A stretch of DNA of 64,000 nt from Sedimentisphaerales bacterium. Its GTDB lineage: Bacteria; Planctomycetota; Phycisphaerae; Sedimentisphaerales; Anaerobacaceae. Within the stretch, counting starts at the first letter, position 1. Every line of letters begins with the position of its first letter. A program made the position numbers and the translations under genes. Positions 20,929 through 29,669 of this stretch are shown piece by piece. The DNA lies in contig OY970194.1 of the NCBI GenBank assembly GCA_963708075.1, positions 2,720,001 through 2,784,000 of the forward strand, given 5' to 3'. The notes beneath the pieces were generated by a model. It had not been told where the DNA came from. It searched no databases and was given only the letters and a program-made list of their open reading frames with translations.

Positions 20929-22176
20929 TCAGCCCGCCACCGGCACGCACTCGGGCGACCTTCTCGGCGGCAGGACACCGATCTCACTCTTCGCTTCCTG
21001 CCGAGCGCAGCGTTTCTGGAGTTGATCCAGGACGTTCATGAAATTGATGTAGGAGTCGTACGGCGAGTCGTATGGATTGAAGTACTTGTGCACGTCGCCA
21101 TCGGCGAAGAACTTGGTGCACATGTAATAGAAATGATCCGAGGTCTGCAGCTTGCGCCAGTCGGAGAGGATACGAGGATCATTCACCTGCTTGATCCTGC
21201 GCTCCAGGCGGTATACTTCGTGCAGAGCGTTGGACTGCATGGGATTGCCCAGCCAGGCCGACAAGTCGCGCTCGGTATCCGCCCAACTGATCACGTGCGG
21301 AACATCCACGATGCCTGAAGCATCGTAGCGGGCAGCCACCTCGCTGGGCGTCTTGAAGTTGTTGTCCGGGTGCCTGAGAATTTCGTCGGGCAGGTGTCGC
21401 ATGAAATCGAATATGCCCGTGTCCGCCCACTGGTGCTCGCCGAACGTCTCATAGTCCATGAACAGGTTCACGACGTTGCCGTTTCCATTGACGGCGCTGA
21501 CCCAATGAGCAAACTTCTCCGCGGTCAGGGGCCACTCGACCCACTGCCGATTGGAGAATCGGAACGCAATGTCATCGCTGAGAGAATAGTTCTTCAGCAG
21601 GAGCTTCACGCGACGGCAGCCCTTCGGCCGGTACACGAAGTTGGAACTTCTCAAGCCGAGGATGTGGTCCGCCCCCTCCGTGATGACCGCGTCGAAGCAC
21701 CCCATCGCCTCAATCAGCAGGGCAAGCTCGTTGTTGTAGATCAGCTCGGTGTTCCGGAACACCGTGGGGGTCTGGCCAAACAGGTTCTCGATGGCGGCGA
21801 CGTGCTTCTTCACCTGCTCGACGAATTCCTGCCGGGAGTACAGAAAGCTCAGGCTGTGATAGTACGTTTCCGCGAGAAACTCCACGCACCCTGTATCGGA
21901 AAGCGCATGAAATGTGCTAAGGACCTCGGGAGCATACATCTCAAGTTGCTCCAGCAGGACCCCCGTCAGGCTGTAGGCGATCTTGAACCGGCCTTTGTGC
22001 TTTTGGATGAGTTTGAGGAGCATGCGATTGGCGGGCAGGTAGCACTTATTGGCCACCTTTTTGCAGATCGCGGCATTCTTGCTCTCGTCGAAATACCGCT
22101 CGTCCTCATCGAAAACCGTGTAATGCCGCAGCCGCATCGGCTGGTGAACCTGGAAGTAGAAGCAAACCGAAGGCAT
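20929..22176 (-). CDS. Glycoside hydrolase family 57 (alpha-amylase-like)
   Basis: FQVHQP, ETYYHSL, FRNTEL, SDDIAFRFS, FMDYETFGEH, SWAD.ERDLSAWLGN, LQTSDHFYYM. Confidence 0.93.
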   Translation of the reverse strand: MPSVCFYFQVHQPMRLRHYTVFDEDERYFDESKNAAICKKVANKCYLPANRMLLKLIQKHKGRFKIAYSLTGVLLEQLEMYAPEVLSTFHALSDTGCVEFLAETYYHSLSFLYSRQEFVEQVKKHVAAIENLFGQTPTVFRNTELIYNNELALLIEAMGCFDAVITEGADHILGLRSSNFVYRPKGCRRVKLLLKNYSLSDDIAFRFSNRQWVEWPLTAEKFAHWVSAVNGNGNVVNLFMDYETFGEHQWADTGIFDFMRHLPDEILRHPDNNFKTPSEVAARYDASGIVDVPHVISWADTERDLSAWLGNPMQSNALHEVYRLERRIKQVNDPRILSDWRKLQTSDHFYYMCTKFFADGDVHKYFNPYDSPYDSYINFMNVLDQLQKRCARQEAKSEIGVLPPRRSPECVPVAG

Positions 22177-22227
22177 GTGAGTCCCCAATCCTTTGTCAAT
22201 CTCTTGTCATTCCATTGTTGTCCCATC

Positions 22228-22402
22228 TCTCCTGGAAAATGGAAGTCAGGCTTATATTATTCAAGGAAATCAGCTTTGGGATTTCCTTGAATAATCAGCT
22301 CATCAGCACGCGTCATACACTTTCGCTTACCGCGTCGGAAGGAAGAATCAAAACCACGATTTTTCCTTCCTCAAGTAAGCCTGACTTCCATTTTCCAGGA
22401 GA
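22228..22402. mobile_element. MITE-like or structured-RNA element with perfect 27-bp terminal inverted repeats
   Basis: tctcctggaaaatggaagtcaggctta (22228-22254) is the exact reverse complement of 22376-22402. AT-rich interior with internal hairpins. Confidence 0.55.
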
Positions 22403-22418
22403 TCACCTCCCGGCCCAC

Positions 22419-23738
22419 TCAGACCGGGACAAGCATCTCCCGATAGATTCTCAGGCAACTCCGGGCGGCGTCCTTCCATCGCAGCTTGCGCACCTCGAAG
22501 TTCCCGTGGTTGCGAAGCGTCATTTGCAGAGGCGGATACTTGAGTACTGCCACGATCTTGTTCGCCATCTCGTTGACATCCCAGAAGTCCACTTTCAGCA
22601 CGTGCCGCAGGACCTCCGAGACGCCGCTCTGCTTACTGATGATCGCCGGCACGTCGTTATCCAGCGCTTCCAGCGGCGCAATGCCAAAGGGCTCCGACAC
22701 CGACGGCATCACGTACAGATCCGCCAGCCGGTAGATCCGGCGAACGTCATCTCCTCGCAAAAAGCCGGTGAAGAGCACTTTCTGGCCGATCCCCAGTCCC
22801 GCCGCCATCTCCACGGCGCGGTACATCATGTCGCCCGAGCCGGCCATCACGAACTTGACGTTGTCCATCACCTCAAGGACTCTCTTTGCGGCCTGGAGGA
22901 AATACTCCGGCCCCTTCTGCATGGTGATGCGTCCCAGGAAAAGCACGAGCCTTTCGTCCCGCCGGATGCTCACGTTCGTCGTCGGCATGACGCGATTGCG
23001 ATCCACGCCGTTGTAGACGACCTCCACTTTCTCCGCCGGAATGCCATACCGGCTGAGCACGATGCTTCGCGTGAGGTGGCTCACGGTCACGACTTTGTCC
23101 GCCCGCTCCATCCCCTCCCGCTCGATGTCGTAGATCGTCTGGTTGACGTGTTCACCGCTGCGGTCGAATTCGGTCGAGTGGACGTGCACAACCAGCGGCC
23201 TGCCGGTCATCTCCGCCACAGCGATCCCTGCCGGGTAAGTCATCCAGTCATGGGCATGAATGACGTCGAAGTCTTCATCTCTCGCCAATTCCGCCGCGAC
23301 CGATGCGTACCTCTGAATCTCTCGATACAGGTCGCCACCGTAGTCCGGTCCGCCCCGCGACTCCCCCCGGCCAACGGCCTGGCTTTCGGTCTCGCGCCTC
23401 AGGCCCAGAGTTCGCTCGATTGTCTCCACGTACGCATCCGGCGTGACATAGGCCTGCAGGGGCGAGCGGATCGTCCGAAACCGCACATTTCGCCATGTGA
23501 CGTTCTTCTTCACGCGGTGAATCTGACGCCGCCGTGTGGCTGGGGTCAACAATCTCACATGCGTCGCGTACTCGCTCTGGACCATCTTGGGAAGCACGAA
23601 CGTCACCTTCACGCCAAGTTGGTCCATCGCACGGGTCAACCCATAGCACGCCGTACCGAGTCCGCCGCTGATGAAAGGCGGGAACTCCCAGCCTAGCATG
23701 AAGACGCGGATGTGCATCCCCTCGTCACTCGGTCCCAT
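22419..23738 (-). CDS. Glycosyltransferase family 4 (glycogen synthase-like)
   Basis: LGWEFPPFISGGLGTAC, HAHDWMT, HSTEFDRSG, GRITMQKGPEYF, PSVSEPFGIAPLEA. Confidence 0.93.
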   Translation of the reverse strand: MGPSDEGMHIRVFMLGWEFPPFISGGLGTACYGLTRAMDQLGVKVTFVLPKMVQSEYATHVRLLTPATRRRQIHRVKKNVTWRNVRFRTIRSPLQAYVTPDAYVETIERTLGLRRETESQAVGRGESRGGPDYGGDLYREIQRYASVAAELARDEDFDVIHAHDWMTYPAGIAVAEMTGRPLVVHVHSTEFDRSGEHVNQTIYDIEREGMERADKVVTVSHLTRSIVLSRYGIPAEKVEVVYNGVDRNRVMPTTNVSIRRDERLVLFLGRITMQKGPEYFLQAAKRVLEVMDNVKFVMAGSGDMMYRAVEMAAGLGIGQKVLFTGFLRGDDVRRIYRLADLYVMPSVSEPFGIAPLEALDNDVPAIISKQSGVSEVLRHVLKVDFWDVNEMANKIVAVLKYPPLQMTLRNHGNFEVRKLRWKDAARSCLRIYREMLVPV

Positions 23739-24344
23739 AAGTCCACACCCCTTACGCAGTCCTCAACGACTGTCCTGATGAATCTACAGCAATGACTCGC
23801 GGCCAAGACGCCACGATTGCGTACACCACAGCATCACCGCTACCCAAGCTATCGGCATCCATCCACCAACGCTTGATTTCCGCGTGGAAAAAATTTTACG
23901 CCTGTATCAGCGTTATCAGTTGTATTAATCGGGTCTTTGCCCTGCACAAGTTCACAAAATCCGGTGGAAAGCTCCGTTCTCAGGACCAACAGGCCGGCGG
24001 TTATGGGACCCTCAAGGGTCAGTAGTTTTCGCAAAGAATTCTTGAAACCCGATTTTGGGCATGAAAATGGCCCTTGCCTCGGTGCCCGTCACCGCATTAT
24101 CGCCTACGTATAAATACGTACATTTTGCGACACACCCAGCCGCTGCGAGCCTGGCGCTCCCAGGGTGGGGCTTGCCCCACCACAATCTGCGTCATTGGAA
24201 GAATCAGCCGCAGACTGGCCCGAGCGTCCCCGCTCGCCTAAAGGAATCATCTGCGCCCACGAAGTTCAGTGACACACGATCGTATTGCGGCGACACGCGG
24301 TTTTGCCCTGCTTCCACAGGCATAATCACGTTGCGATAAAAAAA

Positions 24345-24512
24345 AGCCTCGAATCCTAAATCTCGGCACCCGTACCGCCGATAGGCAAGGTGGATTGAGC
24401 CTGGTGGTCCGGAGTAAAGGCCCGCCGCCGGTTTCAGGCCCCAGCGAACAGGGGCCGCGGTGGCTGAGCCGGATCGGATCATCAGCCGGTAATCGAAGGT
24501 GCCGCTGTATCA
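24345..24512 (-). ncRNA. ssrS: Probable 6S RNA
   Basis: Long rod fold: closing stem cggcacc (24364-70)/ggtgccg (24498-504), inner helices and central bubble; CCTGAAA and CCACCAGGCTCAA segments resemble 6S motifs as recalled; minus-strand U-run at about 24338-24345. Not checked with a covariance model. Confidence 0.55.
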
Positions 24513-24524
24513 CGGAGATCGAAA

Positions 24525-24845
24525 ATGAAAAGGCGCATGGGCAAAAACGGCAAATCTGAGAGCAACTTGAAAGACGTGGTCGTCGTCGCGGTGGTCGACG
24601 AAATGGAGCAGGCCAGGGAGTATGAGACGCTGCTGCGGCTCAACGATATCCCTGCGATCGTGAGGGAGCAGATCGATCCCGCCGGCAACAAGACCGGAAT
24701 CGCAATTCTGGTGCCCGAGGACTTCCTCGATGAGGCCCACGTCGTCATCGAATCGCAGGACGCATACGATGATTTCTATGATTTCGCGATGGACGAGGAT
24801 GAGGATATGGATCTCGACGCCGACATGTTTGACGATGAGATCTGA
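24525..24845 (+). CDS. DUF2007-like putative signal-transducing protein with acidic tail
   Basis: EQAREYETLLRLNDIPAIV...IAILVPEDFLDEAHVVI pattern; Asp-rich C-terminus. Confidence 0.7.
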   Translation: MKRRMGKNGKSESNLKDVVVVAVVDEMEQAREYETLLRLNDIPAIVREQIDPAGNKTGIAILVPEDFLDEAHVVIESQDAYDDFYDFAMDEDEDMDLDADMFDDEI

Positions 24846-24941
24846 TCCAATGCAACGAACGAAGCAATCAGGCGTCCAGTGTTCGCGTCTTCTGCCTCGA
24901 GCAGGGTGGAGCCGCGGCGCTGAAGACAGGATGTGCCCACT

Positions 24942-25388
24942 ATGTCAGAACCAAACGACATGCCTCCGAGTGAACGACGCAGTGGAGAGGACCGCCGCAA
25001 AATGGTAACCGACAGGCGTCAGCGTCCGGCGGATACGAGCGATCCGAATTTTGTGGAACGGCGCAGCGGGAAGGATCGCCGCCAGAACGTCGTAGACAGA
25101 CGCCTGGGACTCGACCGTGGTCGCGGCCCGGGCCGACGACGCAGCGACGATCGCAAGGCTGCCGAGGAGGGCCATATGTCCGACGAGCAATTCGAATTCC
25201 TCATGGCCATTGAGGAGTACAAGAGAGCCAACTCCAAGCCTTTCCCGACGTGGACCGAGGTCCTCGAGGTGATGAAGGCCCTGGGCTACCGCAAGGTCGC
25301 AGCGCCCCAGCCTCTGGCGGAAGCGCGACGGCGCGAAATCCTGGATGCCAACAACCCCGCAGAGCCGGTGCCTGCAAGCACCGTCTGA
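24942..25388 (+). CDS. Hypothetical protein with (E/D)RR repeats
   Basis: ERRSGEDRR, ERRSGKDRR, DRRLGLDR; C-terminal FLMAIEEYKRAN.KPFPTWTEVLEV..ALGYRK. Confidence 0.75.
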   Translation: MSEPNDMPPSERRSGEDRRKMVTDRRQRPADTSDPNFVERRSGKDRRQNVVDRRLGLDRGRGPGRRRSDDRKAAEEGHMSDEQFEFLMAIEEYKRANSKPFPTWTEVLEVMKALGYRKVAAPQPLAEARRREILDANNPAEPVPASTV

Positions 25389-25602
25389 TCGGCCTCACCA
25401 GCGATTTGCCGCGGCGGAGATACCGGCTCGCTCGTGCAGATGAATTGCGCTCCTGGCACAGGCGGAGCGGCAGATACCGCAGCCGTAGCACCACCTCTGA
25501 TCGATGCTGACTTTCCGATCTGAGGCGCTGTAGCCCATCGCGCCGAACCGGCACAGCCGCATGCATTGGCGACAGCCAACGCAGGCATCGAGTCGGTTTC
25601 GT

Positions 25603-26538
25603 CTACATCGCCGGGCGGGACCAGGTCAGGCAGGCGTCCACGAGCTCGTCAATGACGGCGGTGCCGGCGCACATGACTTTGTCGGCGCCGCCCCAGTAGA
25701 GCTTGAGGGTGCCGTCGTCTTCAGGGACGGCCCCGCAGGTGAAGACGACGTTGTGGACGTAGCCGACGACCTCCCAGGGGTCCTCCGGCTGGAGGATCCA
25801 GCGATCGCAGACGCCGAGGATTTCGGCCGGGTCGTCGAGCTTGTGCAGGGCGACACCGAGGCGATATACGGCGCCGTCCATCGTTGGAAAGACGCCGTGA
25901 TAGATGCTCAGCCAGCCTTTGCCGGTCTTGATCGGGGGCGCGCCGGGGCCAATCTTCATCTCGTCCCAGTGGTACTTCACGGGCTTCATAACGACCTTTG
26001 AATCGCCCCAGTAACGCAGGTCCGGCGAGTAGGTGATCCAGATCGACCAGGGACTAATCTCCGAGTGGGGCCGGTCCAGACGAACGTATCTGCCGTCGAT
26101 CTTCTCCGGAAAGATAACCGTGTTGCGATAGTCGGCCTGCGTGATCAGCGAGATTCGCTCGACGGATTGGAAATCGCGGGTCCTCGCCATTGCGATTCGC
26201 ACGCCATGCCTTGAATAGGCACTGTACGTGATGTAAAACGCACCTTCAAGCAGGGTAACCCGCGGGTCCTCAACACCATACTCCTCATACTCCGCGAAAG
26301 GCGGTTCTCTGGCGGGTGTCAGGAACGGCTCCGGCCGCGGCTTAAAACGAAACCCGTCCTGGCTCTCCGCCAAGCCAATAATGGACCGGCCCGTATCCAG
26401 GTGTGAGCGAAACAGCATGATGTACCGCCTATTGTATTTCGTGACGCCTGCATTGTGGACGGTCGCCACCGGGTACGGGATGTCATCCTTGGTCAGGATC
26501 GGATTGCCTTCATACCGCGTGATGAATGGCTTTGTCAT
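25603..26538 (-). CDS. Glycoside hydrolase family 130 (mannoside phosphorylase/hydrolase)
   Basis: RYEGNPIL, HNAG, GVEDPRVT, KIGPGAPPIKT, YHGV, VVFTCG, YWGGAD. Confidence 0.92.
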   Translation of the reverse strand: MTKPFITRYEGNPILTKDDIPYPVATVHNAGVTKYNRRYIMLFRSHLDTGRSIIGLAESQDGFRFKPRPEPFLTPAREPPFAEYEEYGVEDPRVTLLEGAFYITYSAYSRHGVRIAMARTRDFQSVERISLITQADYRNTVIFPEKIDGRYVRLDRPHSEISPWSIWITYSPDLRYWGDSKVVMKPVKYHWDEMKIGPGAPPIKTGKGWLSIYHGVFPTMDGAVYRLGVALHKLDDPAEILGVCDRWILQPEDPWEVVGYVHNVVFTCGAVPEDDGTLKLYWGGADKVMCAGTAVIDELVDACLTWSRPAM

Positions 26539-26586
26539 GGCAGCACCCCCAGTCTTGCACGGACTGACACGGACTTCCACGGACTA

Positions 26587-27669
26587 TCACTGACGTGTCC
26601 GTGCCGGTCCGTGCGTGTCCGCGTCTGTCCGTGTCCGTCCGGCCTCACGGCGGAAGATTTCCTCATAGACTCTTTCGTACTGTGCGACCATGCAGTCGAT
26701 AGAGAAGTTCTGCTCGACACGGTCGCGGCATTTGCGGCGGTCGATCTGCCCCACTCGATCCACGGCCGCAACGGCATCGTCCACGGTACCGACGAGATAG
26801 CCGGTCTCTCTATCCTTGATGACTTCGCGGCAGGAGCCGAGGTCCATGGCAATGACCGGCACGCCGGCGGCCATGGATTCGGCCATGACCAGCCCGAAGC
26901 GCTCCGGGATCGTGTTCAGATGAAGTGTAACGTAGGCCTGCCTGAATAGCTCATCTCGCTGGGTCGGGTCGGCGGGACCGATGTACTGGATAGAGGAGTC
27001 GTTCAGATAAGGCCGGATGAAGGTGTCGAAGTAGAGCTGGTCCTGGATGATCCCTGAGATGAGCAGGTCCCGGCCGCAGCGCTGGGCGACATCGATAGCC
27101 AGGTGTGTCCCTTTGTCCATGTGGATTCGCCCGAGAAAGACCAGCTTGTCGCCGGGCTGCTCGCGGAACGTCAGCTTCGACAGGTCGATCCCGTTGTACA
27201 CCGTCGCGATGTAGGGCAGTTCCCGGTCCCGGTCGGCATCGCTGATGGAGACGTAATACGTGTCCTTGAAACTGCGGTACACGCGAAGGATGTCCGGGTG
27301 GGAGAAGCCGTGGATGGTCGTGAGCATCGGCGTCTTGATGAATGGCAGGTACGTCAGGGGCAGGTAATCGAAATTGTTGTGGATCAGGTCGAACTCCCCC
27401 GCCCGCTCCAGGGCCTTCGAGATGTGCAGGCACGTGGAGACCAAGCCGATTTGCGACTTGTCCTCCTCATAGCCACGATCGATGCACCCGACAAGCCGGG
27501 CTTTTGTGATGGAATCCTTCGTGGCAAAAAGGGTGACGTTCTTCCACCCGCGTGAGACAAGACCCTCCGCGATATTGCCGGCGACAGTCTCCCACGCTCC
27601 GTAAGCCCGTGGCGGCGTACGCCATGCCACCGGCGAGAGAATCGCGATTCGCTTCTCCCGGATATCCAT
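26587..27669 (-). CDS. Glycosyltransferase family 4
   Basis: PVAWRTPPRAYGAWE, FLGRIHMDKG, ERFGLVMAESMAAGVPVIA. Confidence 0.92.
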   Translation of the reverse strand: MDIREKRIAILSPVAWRTPPRAYGAWETVAGNIAEGLVSRGWKNVTLFATKDSITKARLVGCIDRGYEEDKSQIGLVSTCLHISKALERAGEFDLIHNNFDYLPLTYLPFIKTPMLTTIHGFSHPDILRVYRSFKDTYYVSISDADRDRELPYIATVYNGIDLSKLTFREQPGDKLVFLGRIHMDKGTHLAIDVAQRCGRDLLISGIIQDQLYFDTFIRPYLNDSSIQYIGPADPTQRDELFRQAYVTLHLNTIPERFGLVMAESMAAGVPVIAMDLGSCREVIKDRETGYLVGTVDDAVAAVDRVGQIDRRKCRDRVEQNFSIDCMVAQYERVYEEIFRREAGRTRTDADTHGPARTRQ

Positions 27670-27755
27670 GTCCCCCCCGGAAGCCTATAGGTCCTATTCG
27701 TCCTATAGGTCCATGTCGTCCTATGGACCTTGTGGACTTGGTGGACCTATAGGAC

Positions 27756-29408
27756 CTATGTGCGGTCGCCCGAGCCTTTCACTTCCTTCTTGATTCTCTG
27801 GATGTGCCCGCGGCCGAGCGCCTTCACCTCGCAGCCGAGCTCGAAGTAGCGGCGGATCTTGTCGTCGGACAGGATGCCGAAGCAATCGATCACGGCCAGC
27901 GGCCCGCCGGCCCATTTGACAACATCATCGGGATTGAGCTTCAGGTACGGCTCGTGCGGCACGGCCAGAATCACGGCTTCGGCCCCGCGGATCGCCTGGG
28001 CCAGGTCTTTCTGCACCGTCGCGTGCACCAACCCCTCCTGGTTGCGGAAGAAACGAGACCAGGAGTGCCCCGGTGCCGGATAGCTATCCTGCTGCTCCAG
28101 CTCGTACCAGTGATCGACGTATGGATCATGAATGTGCATCTCGGCGCCCATCTCCGTGAGCTTGCGGACGACCATTTCGCTGCCGCTGTAGCGGGTGTCG
28201 CCGACGTCCTGGCGATAGCTGGCGCCGCAGATGAGGATCTGGGCGCCCGCGATGTACCGACCCATGTTACGCAGCGCGTCGCGGGTCAGTTCCGCCACAT
28301 GGAGGCCTCGAGTGTCATTGATGTTGATGGCCGTCGGTGTGATCTTGAAGACATCATGGCCGTCCTCGAAGCCGAGGATATGCTTATAGGCCCAAAAGCC
28401 CAGGCCGCCGTCCTTCGGCAGGCAGTACCCGCCGACGCCGGGGCCCGGAAAGATCATGTTGCTGTGCGTCGGACGCATCTTGATCGCCTTGATCACCTTG
28501 ATCAGATCGACGCCGTTGCGCTCCGCAAAGATGCTCCACTCGTTCAGGAACGCGAGGGTCGTCGCCCGGTAGGAGTTCTCGACGATTTTGGTGGTCTCGG
28601 ATTCGATGGGCCGATCCATCACGGTCAGTGGGAATTTCTCCGTGTTGAGCACCTCCTTGAGGAATTTGACGACTCGGTCGCGGGCTTCGGGCGTGCAGCC
28701 GGAGCAGACACGCCAGAAGTCCCGAATGCTCGAAACGTACTCCCGGCCGGGCATGACCCGCTCGAAACTGTGGCTCAGCAGCGGGGCCGAGTTGATCCCG
28801 CGGGCGGCAAATGCCTTTTTCATGATTGGCCAGGCGACGAATTCCGTCGTGCCCGGCGCGACGGTTGTTTCGATCAGGACCAGGCAATCGGGCTTGATCT
28901 TCTCGCCGATGGTCCGCATGGTCGCCTCCAGGGCGGTCATCTCCGCCTCGCCCGTGCACATGTTGCCCAGATCGTGCTTCGTGTAGTCGCACTGCACGTC
29001 CACCACGACGCAATCGGCCAGTTTCAGGCAATCGGCGTTGTAGGTAGCCACGAGCGTCTTTTTCTCATTGACGCAGCGGGCGATCATGGGATCGACCTCG
29101 GGGTCTTCCGCCTTGACGGGCGACTCCCCACGATTGAGCATGGGGATCTTCCAGTAGCTTCGGGGGCTTGGCCGCTGGCAGCCGAGAACGAACTTGCTCG
29201 GCTTTCCGGTCTTCTTGTCAACCGTGTCGGCGATGATGGCGGCCATGACCGCGCCAACGAACCCAACGCCCATGACTACGACGATTTCCTTGCCGTCTTT
29301 CCTGGCGGCTTGCGTGAGGGCCTCGATGCGCTTGTATTCCTGCGCATAATCTTCCGGCTTGGGAAGTGGAAATTTCTCGCCTGCTGGATTCACTGAATAT
29401 TCGCTCAT
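27756..29408 (-). CDS. Nucleotide-sugar dehydrogenase (UDP-glucose/GDP-mannose dehydrogenase family)
   Basis: GVGFVG, IETTVAPGTT, KIVENSYR, PGPGVGGYCLPKD, YRQDVGDTRYS. Confidence 0.92.
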   Translation of the reverse strand: MSEYSVNPAGEKFPLPKPEDYAQEYKRIEALTQAARKDGKEIVVVMGVGFVGAVMAAIIADTVDKKTGKPSKFVLGCQRPSPRSYWKIPMLNRGESPVKAEDPEVDPMIARCVNEKKTLVATYNADCLKLADCVVVDVQCDYTKHDLGNMCTGEAEMTALEATMRTIGEKIKPDCLVLIETTVAPGTTEFVAWPIMKKAFAARGINSAPLLSHSFERVMPGREYVSSIRDFWRVCSGCTPEARDRVVKFLKEVLNTEKFPLTVMDRPIESETTKIVENSYRATTLAFLNEWSIFAERNGVDLIKVIKAIKMRPTHSNMIFPGPGVGGYCLPKDGGLGFWAYKHILGFEDGHDVFKITPTAININDTRGLHVAELTRDALRNMGRYIAGAQILICGASYRQDVGDTRYSGSEMVVRKLTEMGAEMHIHDPYVDHWYELEQQDSYPAPGHSWSRFFRNQEGLVHATVQKDLAQAIRGAEAVILAVPHEPYLKLNPDDVVKWAGGPLAVIDCFGILSDDKIRRYFELGCEVKALGRGHIQRIKKEVKGSGDRT

Positions 29409-29578
29409 GCTCTATCACCTCGTATTCGCCCAGTCTTATCGGATCCGACCGATCGCTTCCGGCTGATGCCTGGCTCTCGGCACGATAGACTACCAAGTGT
29501 ACGCAGAAACACCACCTCAATCAAGGCCGTTCTCATCTTCGATGACCTATCAGATTCAATGAATCGGCCTCTGGCGCT

Positions 29579-29606
29579 TTGAACTTCAGGCCCAAAATGG
29601 TATAAT
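29579..29606 (+). promoter_or_regulatory. Putative sigma70 promoter
   Basis: TTGAAC-16 bp-TATAAT with an extended TG, upstream of the LamG gene. Confidence 0.5.
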
Positions 29607-29669
29607 CGGGGTGTCGATACGTTGGACCGCAATGATTTCCTGTCGCCTGGGACAGGGCTGGAGGAATGC

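Noticed and set aside
24140..24512. tmRNA, SRP RNA, RNase P RNA or tRNA
   Set aside because: No tRNA-like ends, SRP GGAA/AGCAG loop or RNase P signature seen; 6S fits better.
27804..29396. Long antisense ORFs (this one, 22215..23696, 50169..51533, 53273..54556, 59742..60932)
   Set aside because: Shadow frames of well-supported genes in GC-rich DNA, with no recognisable motifs.
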